A DNA stretch of 64,000 bases from Candidatus Uhrbacteria bacterium CG10_big_fil_rev_8_21_14_0_10_50_16 (GCA_002774875.1 PCYM01000002.1:14781-78780), one strand, 5' to 3'. Shown: positions 1-9,971, counted from the stretch's first letter. Numbers and translations are program-made. The notes: generated by a model from the letters alone, not told the origin.

Positions 1-234
1 TATCACCATGCCCTTACCGCAGCAGAAAATTCGGTCGTTTACAGCACACACGCGAGTGCCGTCGATAGTGCGCCTACGCAAAAACCTGTTACGTTATTTG
101 TTGGACCAGAAGGTGGATTTACCCAAGATGAAGTCGACTTTGCCGTGAGTCAAAACGCACAGATTGTCTCATTGGGAGCGTATCAGTTCCGTGCCGACAC
201 GGCGGCGCTGGTGGCACTTGCAAGAATTCAATAG
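1..234 (+). CDS. rsmE: 16S rRNA (uracil1498-N3)-methyltransferase RsmE-like, C-terminal fragment (5' end outside window)
   Basis: In-frame translation ...LFVGPEGGFTQDEVDFAVSQNAQIVSLGAYQFRADTAALVALARIQ* carries the GPEGGF...LG.RILR(T)ETAAL motif typical of RsmE C-termini; stop TAG at 232-234. Confidence 0.5.
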   Translation, partial: YHHALTAAENSVVYSTHASAVDSAPTQKPVTLFVGPEGGFTQDEVDFAVSQNAQIVSLGAYQFRADTAALVALARIQ

Positions 235-241
235 GTACCCC

Positions 242-278
242 AACACGCATTTCCCTATCGGCATGCGTGTTTTTTTAC
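242..278 (+). terminator. Rho-independent terminator (acacgcat...atgcgtgt stem + T7)
   Basis: Perfect 8-bp inverted repeat followed by TTTTTTT directly after rsmE stop. Confidence 0.6.
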
Positions 279-724
279 GTCACAGTTCGCTGGCCCACAG
301 ACTCAGCGCAAAAGATCAACAACTCGATTGATTGAAGCCTCATGGTCAAACACGTACGATCGTAGAGATTTGCACGTATGTGGATAAGGGTGCCTGTCCC
401 CTTTAGCCACACCAGTATCATCCAGCAATGTAGGAGCGAAGGGTTGTGTTTAGAAAAAGGGACAGTCGGATAGAGACGCACAAGACTTACTCCTGGCTAG
501 CTGTCTTCTGCGTGCAAGGGATTTAGCGAACGTCGTGATGAGGGTTTTGTATAAAAAGGGGCTCAGTTTATAAAACAGCTTGGCCCCGAGTTTTACGAGG
601 GTGTTTTATGAACTGCGTCAATGGGACGTCCGCAGGAGACGTTGAGTGTCCTTTTTATACAAAGCCCGAGGAACCCTTGACAAAACCCCCTTTTTAGGGT
701 AAACATCACACATAACTCTTAGAT

Positions 725-1993
725 ATGCTTATGCGATCCCATATCTCTTTCTTCGCCATTGTGGCGATTTTGTTCTCGTTTATACAGCCGATTGCCTCGG
801 CGTCGGCAACGTCCCTCGCTCCCATTACCCCATCGTGGAACACCAACGATGAACTTTGGATCGGCGCAAGTGCAACCTGGCAGTATCCAGGCTACTCCGT
901 AGCGCAGTATCAAACGGGCACCTTGATCAACTCAATGATCGATCAAATTCCCGCAGATCAATTTACGGACAGTCAGTTGACTTATGCGCGTACAGAAAGA
1001 CTCTCACATCCACTTGGGGGGAGCTCCCTACGCAATCAAGGATTCTTGCCTCTCACAGACACGTTTACCAATGTGTATCTCTATTCGTTTGTAGAGCATA
1101 AAATCGTTGCAACCGACTACAAGTTTCCAACGACTCGCTGGTGCGAATCTTGTTCAACGAGCCCAGGAGTCGGGACAAAATCCCTTGTTCAAATAAAGGA
1201 TGGGCAACTTCTTGTAACCGATGGTGATTTTAACTGGTATCTTTTGAATCCCTACACGTTACAAGCAACCGTTGTTGTAACAGCCGATACTCTTGAACAA
1301 AAAACGGGCGCACGATATGCATGGCTCCGTGTGATCAATAATCATATTGTCTCGGTTTCTGGTCCCGCATCAAACCTCGTAGCAGCCGGATTCGAGATCG
1401 TCTCTCCAACAGATGTCGTACGGACAAATCTCACTGGATCATTTAGCGAGCCATCCGTCTATTCTGTGTCGGATCAGTACGTCATTGTTACCGATCAGGC
1501 AAACGAAATGTTTACCGGTCAAATTGATGAAGGTGTCTATGTATCACAAGGAAGCACATTGACGAAAATTGGATTCACCGCGCGTGAACAAAATTCCAAT
1601 AACCCAGTGACCCTGCACGAACCACGCTTTATTTCTTCACAAGAGGTTGCTTGGATTGGAGCCGACAATAATCTGTACGTCGCCGATATTACTACGGCAC
1701 CCATGCAACACACGGGTGTTTTAGACACTCCTCGTGGTGTTCCGTTTCGTTCCATGTCCGATCCCAAGGTGTATTATCACGACGCACTTCCTGTGTATCC
1801 CTTTACACCACACGCTTACACATACGAATTTACAACCGAAGCGGATTACTTTGATGTCATGAATACGCAGAACTTTCAGGAGGTTCTCTATCTTCCCGAT
1901 ACTGCCGTGGATCACATTAAACTTCATTACGAGGTGTTAACGCAAGGACAACAGGTAGATATCCGAAGGACGATCTACGCAAACAAGCATTAA
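725..1993 (+). CDS. Secreted hypothetical protein (N-terminal signal peptide, 422 aa)
   Basis: ORF track; hydrophobic N-terminus ...AILFSFIQPIASASA; TTGACA-N17-TAAACA promoter at ~678-706; no recognisable domain. Confidence 0.55.
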   Translation: MLMRSHISFFAIVAILFSFIQPIASASATSLAPITPSWNTNDELWIGASATWQYPGYSVAQYQTGTLINSMIDQIPADQFTDSQLTYARTERLSHPLGGSSLRNQGFLPLTDTFTNVYLYSFVEHKIVATDYKFPTTRWCESCSTSPGVGTKSLVQIKDGQLLVTDGDFNWYLLNPYTLQATVVVTADTLEQKTGARYAWLRVINNHIVSVSGPASNLVAAGFEIVSPTDVVRTNLTGSFSEPSVYSVSDQYVIVTDQANEMFTGQIDEGVYVSQGSTLTKIGFTAREQNSNNPVTLHEPRFISSQEVAWIGADNNLYVADITTAPMQHTGVLDTPRGVPFRSMSDPKVYYHDALPVYPFTPHAYTYEFTTEADYFDVMNTQNFQEVLYLPDTAVDHIKLHYEVLTQGQQVDIRRTIYANKH

Positions 1994-2025
1994 AAAAACA
2001 GCCCTACGGGGCTGTTTTTGTTTCT
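1994..2025. terminator. Bidirectional rho-independent terminator (acagccc-tacg-gggctgt flanked by A/T runs)
   Basis: 7-bp stem with A-run upstream and T-run downstream between convergent genes. Confidence 0.6.
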
Positions 2026-2447
2026 AACACATGTGTGTCACCATCTTGTGATAGATAAAGGTCTAGGCCAGAAAGCGGTGTGTCGAGGCGCTCCGGCCAT
2101 TCGATCATCACGAGGTTTTTTGGATCGGCGAGTAATTCATCCAATCCAATCTGTCGCATTTCATTCGCATCAACGCGAGCTATTCGATACAAATCCACGT
2201 GAACGAGATTTGCGATCACCGCATGATTCACCTGGTGCACATTCACGAGCGTGTAGGTTGGACTCTTAACCGGACGCGTCACGCCAAGCGCCTTTGCTAC
2301 TCCTTGAACAAACGTGGTCTTTCCGGCGCCCAGATCTCCATGCAACAAAATCACGCGCGCAGCAATAAGTTGATCCACCATCTCTGCCGCGAGCACGTCC
2401 ATTTCTTCTACCTTGTGTGTTATGCACCTCATAGCTCCCATTTCCAT
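2004..2447 (-). CDS. tsaE: tRNA threonylcarbamoyladenosine biosynthesis protein TsaE (P-loop ATPase)
   Basis: Walker A GDLGAGKTT, ...LYLSQDGD... YjeE-like sequence; the 218-aa track ORF is trimmed to the Met at 2447; 3' overlap with tsaD. Confidence 0.7.
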   Translation of the reverse strand: MEMGAMRCITHKVEEMDVLAAEMVDQLIAARVILLHGDLGAGKTTFVQGVAKALGVTRPVKSPTYTLVNVHQVNHAVIANLVHVDLYRIARVDANEMRQIGLDELLADPKNLVMIEWPERLDTPLSGLDLYLSQDGDTHVLETKTAP

Positions 2448-3463
2448 TGTCCCCCCAAAATTTTTGCGGGGTCGGCGTCGATAATTAACGGATCCATGGC
2501 CACGCGTCCATCTACCAAAGCCCGCAAACCCGCCGCTCCAATCATCGCAGCGTTGTCCGTGGTGTATTTGATCTGCGGCACAAGCACGGAGACAGAAGTA
2601 TCGGAAAACGCTTCCATAAGTTGACGTCGCAACTCCGTGTTTGCCGATACACCTCCACACAGCATAACCGTGTTTGGTGCGTACTGTTCCGCGGCAAGCC
2701 GTGTTTTTGTCACCAGTACATCCACCACCGCCTGTTGAAACGAGGCGGCAATATCGGCAATAATCGTCGGTGTCAACTCTGCGTGTGATCGAATTTGATT
2801 ACGTACAGCCGTTTTGAGACCAGAAAATGATACATCCAAATCTCCCGAGTTGATCATGGGTCGTGGGAGCGTAATCGCCGTAGCGTCTCCGCCGAGCGCC
2901 GCCTTGGCAATACTTGGACCACCCGGATAGCTCAACCCAAGCTGTGCGGCCGTCTTATCAAAGGCCTCCCCCGCAGCATCATCTCGGGTTTGACCAAGAA
3001 AAACATACTCTCCATGGTCCTTCATGAGCACAATCTCCGTGTGCCCACCGGAGACCACGAGACAGAGAATCGGAAACGCGCTCGCCTCCACAGAGCTATC
3101 CAAAAAGTTTGCATAGATATGCCCTTCTATATGATCCACCGGGACAAGCGACACACCCCATGTGACCGCCAATGCTTTTGCCGTCTCCACGCCCACACGG
3201 AGTGCTGTTGCAAGCCCTGGTCCCGTAGTTACCGCCACCGCATCAAAATCCCCTTGCTTCCACTGCGTGAGCGCTTGGATCATTAACGGCAAAACAGGCA
3301 CATGCATACGTGCGGCAACCTCCGGCACCACGCCGCCATATTGTTGGTGCGTGGCGATCTGTGAGGAAACAAGATTCTCCACAACCACAAAAGATGTTCC
3401 GTCGCCCTCAACAATGGCGACGGCAGTTTCATCACAACTCGTTTCTATGGAGAGGATCTTCAT
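2429..3463 (-). CDS. tsaD: tRNA N6-adenosine threonylcarbamoyltransferase TsaD (Kae1/Gcp family)
   Basis: MKILSIETSCDETAVAIV... and His/Gly-rich metal-site motifs typical of TsaD; 344 aa. Confidence 0.85.
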   Translation of the reverse strand: MKILSIETSCDETAVAIVEGDGTSFVVVENLVSSQIATHQQYGGVVPEVAARMHVPVLPLMIQALTQWKQGDFDAVAVTTGPGLATALRVGVETAKALAVTWGVSLVPVDHIEGHIYANFLDSSVEASAFPILCLVVSGGHTEIVLMKDHGEYVFLGQTRDDAAGEAFDKTAAQLGLSYPGGPSIAKAALGGDATAITLPRPMINSGDLDVSFSGLKTAVRNQIRSHAELTPTIIADIAASFQQAVVDVLVTKTRLAAEQYAPNTVMLCGGVSANTELRRQLMEAFSDTSVSVLVPQIKYTTDNAAMIGAAGLRALVDGRVAMDPLIIDADPAKILGGQWKWEL

Positions 3464-3477
3464 GCGCCGTTTTTACC

Positions 3478-4464
3478 TTATCCTCGCCAAATTGTAAACC
3501 CAAGATACACAACATAGGCGATTGTAAACAAGGCGCCTTCCCATCGACTCAATTCGCCCGTCCGTTTTTGATTGATCATGAATGGAAACAGTATTGCTGT
3601 TGCCGCAAACGCCAAGAAGACATCAATCAGACCACCTGGGAAAACAGGAACCGGCAATATAATCGCCGTGACGCCCAAGATCCAAAGTGTGTTAAAGGTG
3701 ACCGACCCAACAATGTTCCCAATCGCCATGTCCGTTTGTCCACGGTATGCCGCCATCATGGTTGCAGCAATTTCAGGGAGGGACGTTCCGGCAGCAACGA
3801 TGGTAAGAGAAATAAATGCCTGGCTAAACCCAAGCGAGAGCGCCAAAGCACTTGCACTTTCTACGATCAATTCACCACCCAAAATCAATCCAACAAGTCC
3901 TCCAACAATCATGGCAATCGATACTCCCGTCCGTTGTTTTACAACAAAAATAAGATCCTTATCTTTTTTACTCTCACGCCTCTTAACCAACATAGGTTTA
4001 ATCGTGAAGTACAAAAATACAAAAAAGAATGCAATGAGTGCAATGCCTTCTCCACGCGAGAGAATATTTTCCGTTCCCGAGAGAGGACCATCCACCATCA
4101 GCGCAAACAACACACCAGCTCCCAAAATCGCAAACGGAATCTCACGCCAGACCGCAGAGCGTGCTACCACCAATGGTCGCACAAGTGCCGCAAGCCCCAA
4201 CCCCAGCAAAATATTTGCAAGGTTGGAGCCGATCACGTTTCCAAAGGCAATATCCGGATTGCCACCTGCGGCCGCGAACATATTAACTGCCAGCTCAGGA
4301 GCTGAGGAGCCAAAGGCAACAACCGTGAGTCCAATAAATAGGTTCGAGAAACCAAAACGCTTGGCAATCGACGATGCACCCTTTACCAGCTGATCTGCGC
4401 CCACAATGAGAGCAAAGAATCCTGCTAACAAAATAATGATTTGAAAAAACATGTATGAATACAC
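3478..4464 (-). CDS. Ca2+/cation antiporter, CaCA family (YrbG-like Na+/Ca2+ exchanger)
   Basis: Two alpha-repeat motifs (GSSAPELAV..., GTSLPEIAAT...) in a polytopic membrane protein, 328 aa. Confidence 0.75.
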   Translation of the reverse strand: MYSYMFFQIIILLAGFFALIVGADQLVKGASSIAKRFGFSNLFIGLTVVAFGSSAPELAVNMFAAAGGNPDIAFGNVIGSNLANILLGLGLAALVRPLVVARSAVWREIPFAILGAGVLFALMVDGPLSGTENILSRGEGIALIAFFFVFLYFTIKPMLVKRRESKKDKDLIFVVKQRTGVSIAMIVGGLVGLILGGELIVESASALALSLGFSQAFISLTIVAAGTSLPEIAATMMAAYRGQTDMAIGNIVGSVTFNTLWILGVTAIILPVPVFPGGLIDVFLAFAATAILFPFMINQKRTGELSRWEGALFTIAYVVYLGFTIWRG

Positions 4465-4600
4465 AAATAATAGTGATTCAAGTATAGCACCTCCCTCTTG
4501 ACAAAACGTCCACAGTGTCGTAGGTTATCCTCTCGCCTTGAGCGAGAAAAAACGGACACATCATCCTTAGAAATAAGGATCAACTGCGAGGAGGATCGAG

Positions 4601-6259
4601 ATGAACGTAGGACGGCTTTTGATGGCCTGTCTGCTGGTGGTGGCCATGAGCGCCTCCGCTTTCGGACAGGATTCGCTCACTCTGGTGCTCGTGGGTCAGC
4701 CGCGAGAGCCGCAGATGGTGCCCAAGGTCGTGAAGGCCTTTACCCGCGCAACGGGTGGTGGCGTGACGCCCACGTCCGCTGAGACCGCTCTGCCCAACCG
4801 GCAGGTGATGGAAGCTTGTGTGGACACGAACGCAGACTCCGTCTGTGAGAACATGGGCGTCAACACGCTCTACCGTCAGCCGGGCAACCTTCTGCTGGTG
4901 AGCGGTGCGGACCCCGAGTTTCACCCGTGCACGGATCGTGGATCCTACACCGCCATGGAGGCAGAGGACCAGTTCGTCGCCAACAGTCGTGGTGCGAGCA
5001 TCATCGATCAGATGGATGCACTCGCGTACGGAAAGGCTGCAACGGCGCTAATGACGCTCGGAGAGGTTAGCCTCCCTTGCCTCAACGAACGGTTGGAGGA
5101 AGAAACGTTCTGGCGGTATAACTTCGTGGCTGGGTATCTGGCCTACGAGACTGCCAACAACCACTCCGCCGGCATCGATGCCGCGCGGCCGTTCTTTCTG
5201 AACGCCCTCCACACATCTCCGGGTCACACCTGGGACGCCGACTACCCGCCGGCGGCACAGACCGCCTATGCCGAGGCCAAGGTGGCCCTGGTGAAGGAGG
5301 AAATAGGGGAGGTGAACCACGACGCCATGCGAGTGGTGACCCTCGGGGCGTTCGACGCTCTGACGGTAGACACCCAATCCTACGCCGAGGGGATGCACCT
5401 GCACCCCGGCCTGCACCTGCTCCAGTGGAAGTTCCAGGGTATGGAGTACACGCGTGTGTTCAGCGTCCCTGAGGGCGGCGTTGACCAGGTCCTTCTGCTC
5501 GTGGATGGCGCGAGCTGGGCGCAGGCCTTGCTCACCTTCCCCGAACAGCGCTCCCAGGCGCAACGTCTGGTGGTGGCCACAACTCTCAGCCTCATGACCC
5601 GCAACGGTCAGCGGTCGATGGGTGTCGTGGATCTTGCGCAGGACCCTCCACTGGGGCTTCTGTACAAAGCGGATGGCGAAGGCGTGCCACTCCCCGTGGA
5701 TCTGCCGACCTACACCGCCGCTGTAGAGGAGGGCGATGATGATGACGGTCCGGTCCGCCGGCCTCACGTGGAACCGTTCCAGACGGTGGACACCACGCCG
5801 GGTCAACTGGCGCTGGTGGCAGGCGGTGGGTTCAAGGGCTTCGGCCCGGCCACCTACGCCAGCGTCCACCTGGCGCTCGATGCCCACATCCGCAACGGCT
5901 TCGGCGTGGCCATTCAGGGCAACCTGGGGCTCACGTCCGTCTCCCTCCCGGATGGCACCAATGTCCTCGGAGACCTGGTCTCCCTAGGGCTGGGTGTGTG
6001 GTACCGGTTCTGGTCGCCGGTGGGGGTTCGCCCTCTCCTGCTACTAGATCTACTGCTGGACATCAACAGCTACGGCGTCAGTGCCCCCATCCCGCTCCCC
6101 TCCCTCACGGGCGGCGGCGGCGTGGAGGTGCTCCTGCCCGACTCCCGCTTCCGCGTCCGATTCGTCGGCTACGTGGGTGGTGGGTGGGATGGCACCACGA
6201 GTCGACCGCGCTACGGAGCCACGTCGGCTCTGGTGATGGAGCTGCGCCCGGCTCCCTAG
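4601..6259 (+). CDS. High-GC secreted hypothetical protein (552 aa, signal peptide, Cys-rich N-half, Gly-rich beta-like C-half)
   Basis: ORF track; GAGGAGG SD 7 nt upstream of ATG; GC ~65% with GC3 near saturation against ~48% flanks; shadow ORFs on other frames. Confidence 0.6.
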   Translation: MNVGRLLMACLLVVAMSASAFGQDSLTLVLVGQPREPQMVPKVVKAFTRATGGGVTPTSAETALPNRQVMEACVDTNADSVCENMGVNTLYRQPGNLLLVSGADPEFHPCTDRGSYTAMEAEDQFVANSRGASIIDQMDALAYGKAATALMTLGEVSLPCLNERLEEETFWRYNFVAGYLAYETANNHSAGIDAARPFFLNALHTSPGHTWDADYPPAAQTAYAEAKVALVKEEIGEVNHDAMRVVTLGAFDALTVDTQSYAEGMHLHPGLHLLQWKFQGMEYTRVFSVPEGGVDQVLLLVDGASWAQALLTFPEQRSQAQRLVVATTLSLMTRNGQRSMGVVDLAQDPPLGLLYKADGEGVPLPVDLPTYTAAVEEGDDDDGPVRRPHVEPFQTVDTTPGQLALVAGGGFKGFGPATYASVHLALDAHIRNGFGVAIQGNLGLTSVSLPDGTNVLGDLVSLGLGVWYRFWSPVGVRPLLLLDLLLDINSYGVSAPIPLPSLTGGGGVEVLLPDSRFRVRFVGYVGGGWDGTTSRPRYGATSALVMELRPAP

Positions 6260-6620
6260 GCTCTTGGAGCCCCTGACGACGCCCGTTCTGCATCCCCACC
6301 AATCTCGGTGGTCTGCAGAGCGGGTCGTTATTTTTTACACTATTCCTTGTTACGGGTTAACGGAACGCCCATTTTGGGCTAGTCTCCACGTGTTATCTAC
6401 AACCGAGCTGCCTATCTGCAGCTCAACACCCAGGATGAGTTCCTGTGTCACAGAATATTGTTCTGCCTGCTCTGCAAGCACAAGCTCATGCAGACGCGCG
6501 TCTTGATAAAGCTGGACACTATCCCGACACGTTCACCTGGATCGGCGACCCCGCTCCACCCCAGGATCTTCTTCGGAAGTCTCCCAGAGACGGTACTTAT
6601 TTTCACAAAATAAAAAACTC

Positions 6621-7874
6621 CTACCCGGCGGACATAATTTTATAAAACGTATCGCCTCTGCGAACGCGTGCGGTTACCTGCATCGTCATGTCCTCACCCT
6701 TATTGACCGTGGTGACATGCGTATCGTTGCACCAAATCTCTTCCGGCGTTTGACGCACAAACCCGGTCGTCTTTCCCACAAACACACAAGGCTCGCCCGC
6801 CGTAAATCCTTCTGCCTGCACGCGAATCTCGGCCACACCTAACTTGGGAAAGTAATTTAACACCGTTCCCACAAAGACCTTTTTTGTGGTGGCCTTACTA
6901 TCTGATCCTTGGCTCCAATATTTGTAGGCCAATCCACGATAAAATCCATCGCTTAATCCACGATTAAACACCGTTCCCAACCGCGTGTTCCACTGGCTGA
7001 TTTTTTCCTTTGTGCACGACCCATCGCCGATGGCCGCAAGTGCCTCCTTGTAACAGCGAATCACCACATCTACATATTCTGGCGGCTTTCCACGCCCTTC
7101 CACTTTCAAAGACACGGCACCAGACGCTACAATCTCATCAAGCATGCCAATGGTACACAAATCCTCCGTGCTCATAACAAACTCGTTGTCTACGTCTAAC
7201 TGTTTTCCTGTTGCTTTGTCCGTGACCGTGTACGCGCGACGGCAGGGCTGGCTACACGACCCACAATTAGCCGACGTGTTGTACATGTACAAGCTCATTC
7301 CGCATCTTCCACTCACCGCCACACACATGGCCCCGTGCACAAAAATCTCCACCTCCACCAACCGACCCTTTGGTCCGCGAATGTCCTGCGTTTTAATCAC
7401 GTCAACGATTGATTTGATCTGTTTAAGCGTGAGTTCGCGCGCAAGCACGACTCGGTCCGCCCACGTAGCAAAAAATTTTACGGCGTCGATGTTAGAAATG
7501 GAATGTTGTGTAGAAATATGAACCTCGACTCCTTGCGACTTTGCATAAGCGATTGTGGAGAGGTCAAACGCAATCACCGCGTCCACCTGTGCCAGCTTTA
7601 CCGCGTCTATCACCTGCTTCATCTCCTCCAAGTTTTGATCATACACAAGCGTGTTGAGCGCCAAATAGCATTTGACGTTGTATTGATGGCAAAGCGTGCT
7701 GATCTCCTGAATGTCTGCTAGGCCAAGGTGCGCAGAAGAGTTTGCGCGCATATTAAACCCATCCACACCAAAGTAGACCGCATCTGCCCCGGCGTTGATA
7801 GCGGCATGGAGCGCCTCGTAGGACCCTGCGGGTGCCAGGAGTTCGATGTGAGAAATGTCGGTAGGCGTTGCCAT
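6621..7874 (-). CDS. Peptidase U32 family protein (collagenase-like / RlhA-type)
   Basis: ELLAPAGSYEALHAAINAGADAVYFG... and C-x-C-rich central region typical of U32; start set to Met of MATPTDISHIELLAPAG. Confidence 0.75.
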   Translation of the reverse strand: MATPTDISHIELLAPAGSYEALHAAINAGADAVYFGVDGFNMRANSSAHLGLADIQEISTLCHQYNVKCYLALNTLVYDQNLEEMKQVIDAVKLAQVDAVIAFDLSTIAYAKSQGVEVHISTQHSISNIDAVKFFATWADRVVLARELTLKQIKSIVDVIKTQDIRGPKGRLVEVEIFVHGAMCVAVSGRCGMSLYMYNTSANCGSCSQPCRRAYTVTDKATGKQLDVDNEFVMSTEDLCTIGMLDEIVASGAVSLKVEGRGKPPEYVDVVIRCYKEALAAIGDGSCTKEKISQWNTRLGTVFNRGLSDGFYRGLAYKYWSQGSDSKATTKKVFVGTVLNYFPKLGVAEIRVQAEGFTAGEPCVFVGKTTGFVRQTPEEIWCNDTHVTTVNKGEDMTMQVTARVRRGDTFYKIMSAG

Positions 7875-8042
7875 AGAAGAGCTTGAGTTTACAAAAATCT
7901 GGGGGTTCTGGCAATGGTGGGTGGGCTGTATAAAGCAAGAACCGCCCACCGAGTAGACGCACCCCCTTCTTCACAAAACCAAGATCAGCTCGAAGACAAT
8001 GCCCATGCGATGGCAAGATCTATCTCTTTGTCCATACCTAAC

Positions 8043-8072
8043 TTGATAAAATACTAGAAAACACATACGATA
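8043..8072 (+). promoter_or_regulatory. Sigma70-like promoter TTGATA-N17-TACGAT, followed by a 10-bp perfect inverted repeat (8131-8172) in the leader
   Basis: Hexamers and spacing read directly; hairpin ctaccaaagc...gctttggtag. Confidence 0.4.
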
Positions 8073-8255
8073 TGCCTACAATATAGCCTAAACTGTTACG
8101 AAAGTCACAGCATGGCATAAAAATCTACCAAAGCACTGACCCCGTTGTCAGCGAGCTTTGGTAGGTCGTATGTCGAAAGGCATGCGTTGGGAGTAATCCC
8201 ACGAGCTGGCAGCGGGTTTTGTGCTGTCCGCTCGAATAAATCCTACCAAAGCGCT

Positions 8256-8651
8256 ATGACAACCTACAAACAAAATGGCTCCCACGATTGGTTGGGAGAT
8301 GCAGCGGAAAATTATGTCCGCTATTGTTTTGCACGCGAAGGCTACGAAGTCTTCGGGGCAGGTAAATAGGCGACAGACTGCGCCGTGCATGACAAGGAAA
8401 ACGACAAGTGGTATCGGGTAGAGGTGAAAAGCACAGATCGGCCAAAGCGACCTATACGACCAAGAATTTCAAACCTCGCCGGACGCGTAGACCTACTAGC
8501 AGAAGTAGTATTTTCTGATGACTCCGAACATCACAGTACGACCATGACGCTGACTTTGACGAAAATTAGTACAGAGGGACGAAGGGGTGAACGGTGTCCG
8601 ATCTGGGAAAACGGGGATGTGAAAGGGTTCCTTGCTGGACCTAACGGCTAA
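8256..8651 (+). pseudogene. YraN/UPF0102-like PD-(D/E)xK endonuclease interrupted by an in-frame amber (TAG at 8367-8369)
   Basis: Track ORFs 8145..8369 and 8385..8651 are in the same frame. The joined product MTTYKQNGSHDWLGDAAENYVRYCFAREGYEVFGAGK*ATDCAVHDKENDKWYRVEVKST... (~130 aa) has the spacing of the YraN pattern G..AE.A..YL...GY.........EIDLI...D...VFVEVK. Confidence 0.4.
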
Positions 8652-9618
8652 GCATTTGACCAATTGATCTAAGGTTCGAGCTCTTAATTATTTCGCCTAG
8701 ATTCCTTGTCTTTATTTCTTCGATGACCTTCGAATTTTCCTCGCGAGTTTTTAAGACTCTGTTAAGGAGTCTTTGGTTAGCGGTAACTACAAAACGACCC
8801 GCATGAAAGGCCACTCGTTTATTTACTTCTCTAACGATACGATGGTCTACGATCGCGACTGAAATGCCATCAAATTGATAACTCTTTTCCATTAGTAGAG
8901 TAGATCGTGGACCTATTGGTATGACGGTCTCTGTTATCGGACCGCAAGTAGTATAGCCAGTAGTTGTAACTAAAGGATTGTCACTACAAATAAACTGTCT
9001 CCCACTCGGCGCCACAAGTAATGTCCATCGTCGTTTGCTGTATTCACCCTTCATGAGTGGACCAATCATAGCCATTAATTTGAGATTATGATCATTACCT
9101 TCAACTTTCCATGTGATACCACTAGATGGATCAAGTGTATTCAATAACTCCTCTCGACTCGGTAATCCCTTGCCTGGATTCTCTGCTTTCCAGTCGATTT
9201 CAAACTCTCTAAATTTTTTCTTGTCACTCAATATGCTCAAAGCGCGATCGCGATGATCTTTTAGGGCGAGTTTATTCATCTGTTCATGACTGACAGGCGT
9301 GCGTACAGCCTGGAAACCAAAGTAATAGCAAAGGCTTTCACGTTCATCAGCCGATATATCCGAAACATCTAATGTTGCTAGCTTTGCGAGCGGTGCGGCT
9401 GCGGGACCCTCAATATCGTCTGCTAGCATTTCATCTATCGTAAAAGGAAGGTCCACAGGTGCATTCATCTCATAGTAATCTCTCTGGGCACAGATATTTC
9501 TTGGTGAGGTGATGAGTGATTTCTTCTCAGGGATCAAATAAGCAAATACCTGATCGTTTTCGTCAGCCCAGTGGCGAAGATGCATCTGCGCTACGACATG
9601 TTGATTTCTGGTCGGCAT
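8641..9618 (-). CDS. DUF4238-family protein (the family used by the single-gene anti-phage system Rst_DUF4238), 325 aa
   Basis: N-terminal QHVVAQMHLRHW resembles the DUF4238 H-Y-V-P-Q-F-Y-L-(K/R)-x-F motif; length is in the family range; located next to a tRNA; 3' end overlaps the YraN-like gene by 11 nt. Confidence 0.45.
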   Translation of the reverse strand: MPTRNQHVVAQMHLRHWADENDQVFAYLIPEKKSLITSPRNICAQRDYYEMNAPVDLPFTIDEMLADDIEGPAAAPLAKLATLDVSDISADERESLCYYFGFQAVRTPVSHEQMNKLALKDHRDRALSILSDKKKFREFEIDWKAENPGKGLPSREELLNTLDPSSGITWKVEGNDHNLKLMAMIGPLMKGEYSKRRWTLLVAPSGRQFICSDNPLVTTTGYTTCGPITETVIPIGPRSTLLMEKSYQFDGISVAIVDHRIVREVNKRVAFHAGRFVVTANQRLLNRVLKTREENSKVIEEIKTRNLGEIIKSSNLRSIGQMLSR

Positions 9619-9864
9619 GCTCTTAATCTTAGCACTTTTTTATCAAATCACTAACGCTCCTAACGACGAGGTTCAGATTTATTAGATATCTTCTCAACGC
9701 ATCGAGATGCCAGAGGACGCCAAAGACCCATTTATATTTATTAAAACCACGATGCAGCTTGTCATTACAGGGTAATGACCGCTGAAAGAGCGTCTGGCGT
9801 CGCTCTTTGGGTAGTGAGATTGTTTGTTGTATTAAAACCACACTTGAGCCCGTCCCTGCGGTAC

Positions 9865-9897
9865 AAAAAAGCCCCCAGATATACTGGTGGCTTTTTT
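9865..9897. terminator. Bidirectional terminator (gccccca-gatatac-tggtggc with A6/T6 flanks) immediately 3' of tRNA-Glu
   Basis: Stem-loop with one G.U, flanked by AAAAAA and TTTTTT. Confidence 0.6.
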
Positions 9898-9971
9898 GGT
9901 GACCCCACCGGGAATCGAACCCGGATTTCCAGGATGAAAACCTGACGTCCTAACCGCTAGACGATGGGGCC
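9897..9971 (-). tRNA. tRNA-Glu (anticodon UUC)
   Basis: Reverse complement GGCCCCATCGTCTAGCGGTTAGGACGTCAGGTTTTCATCCTGGAAATCCGGGTTCGATTCCCGGTGGGGTCACCA folds as a cloverleaf with anticodon loop TTTTCAT; CCA encoded. Confidence 0.85.

Noticed and set aside
3310-4393. Track ORFs 3310..4305(+) 331 aa and 3572..4393(+) 273 aa
   Set aside because: Antisense to the CaCA antiporter gene, low-complexity Arg/Gln-rich translations, no SD; shadow ORFs
5048-6302. Minus-strand ORFs 5048..5887, 5380..5604, 6105..6302 and plus-strand 5736..5987, 5998..6276
   Set aside because: Lie inside or antisense to the high-GC 552-aa gene; high GC3 produces long stop-free shadow frames
9629-9841. 70-aa ORF (GTG start) between tRNA-Glu and the DUF4238 gene
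   Set aside because: The likely promoter for the DUF4238 gene (-35 ATGACA / -10 TAATAA...TATAAAT around 9715-9750) falls inside this ORF, leaving no room for its own promoter. No SD; AT-rich. Treated as leader
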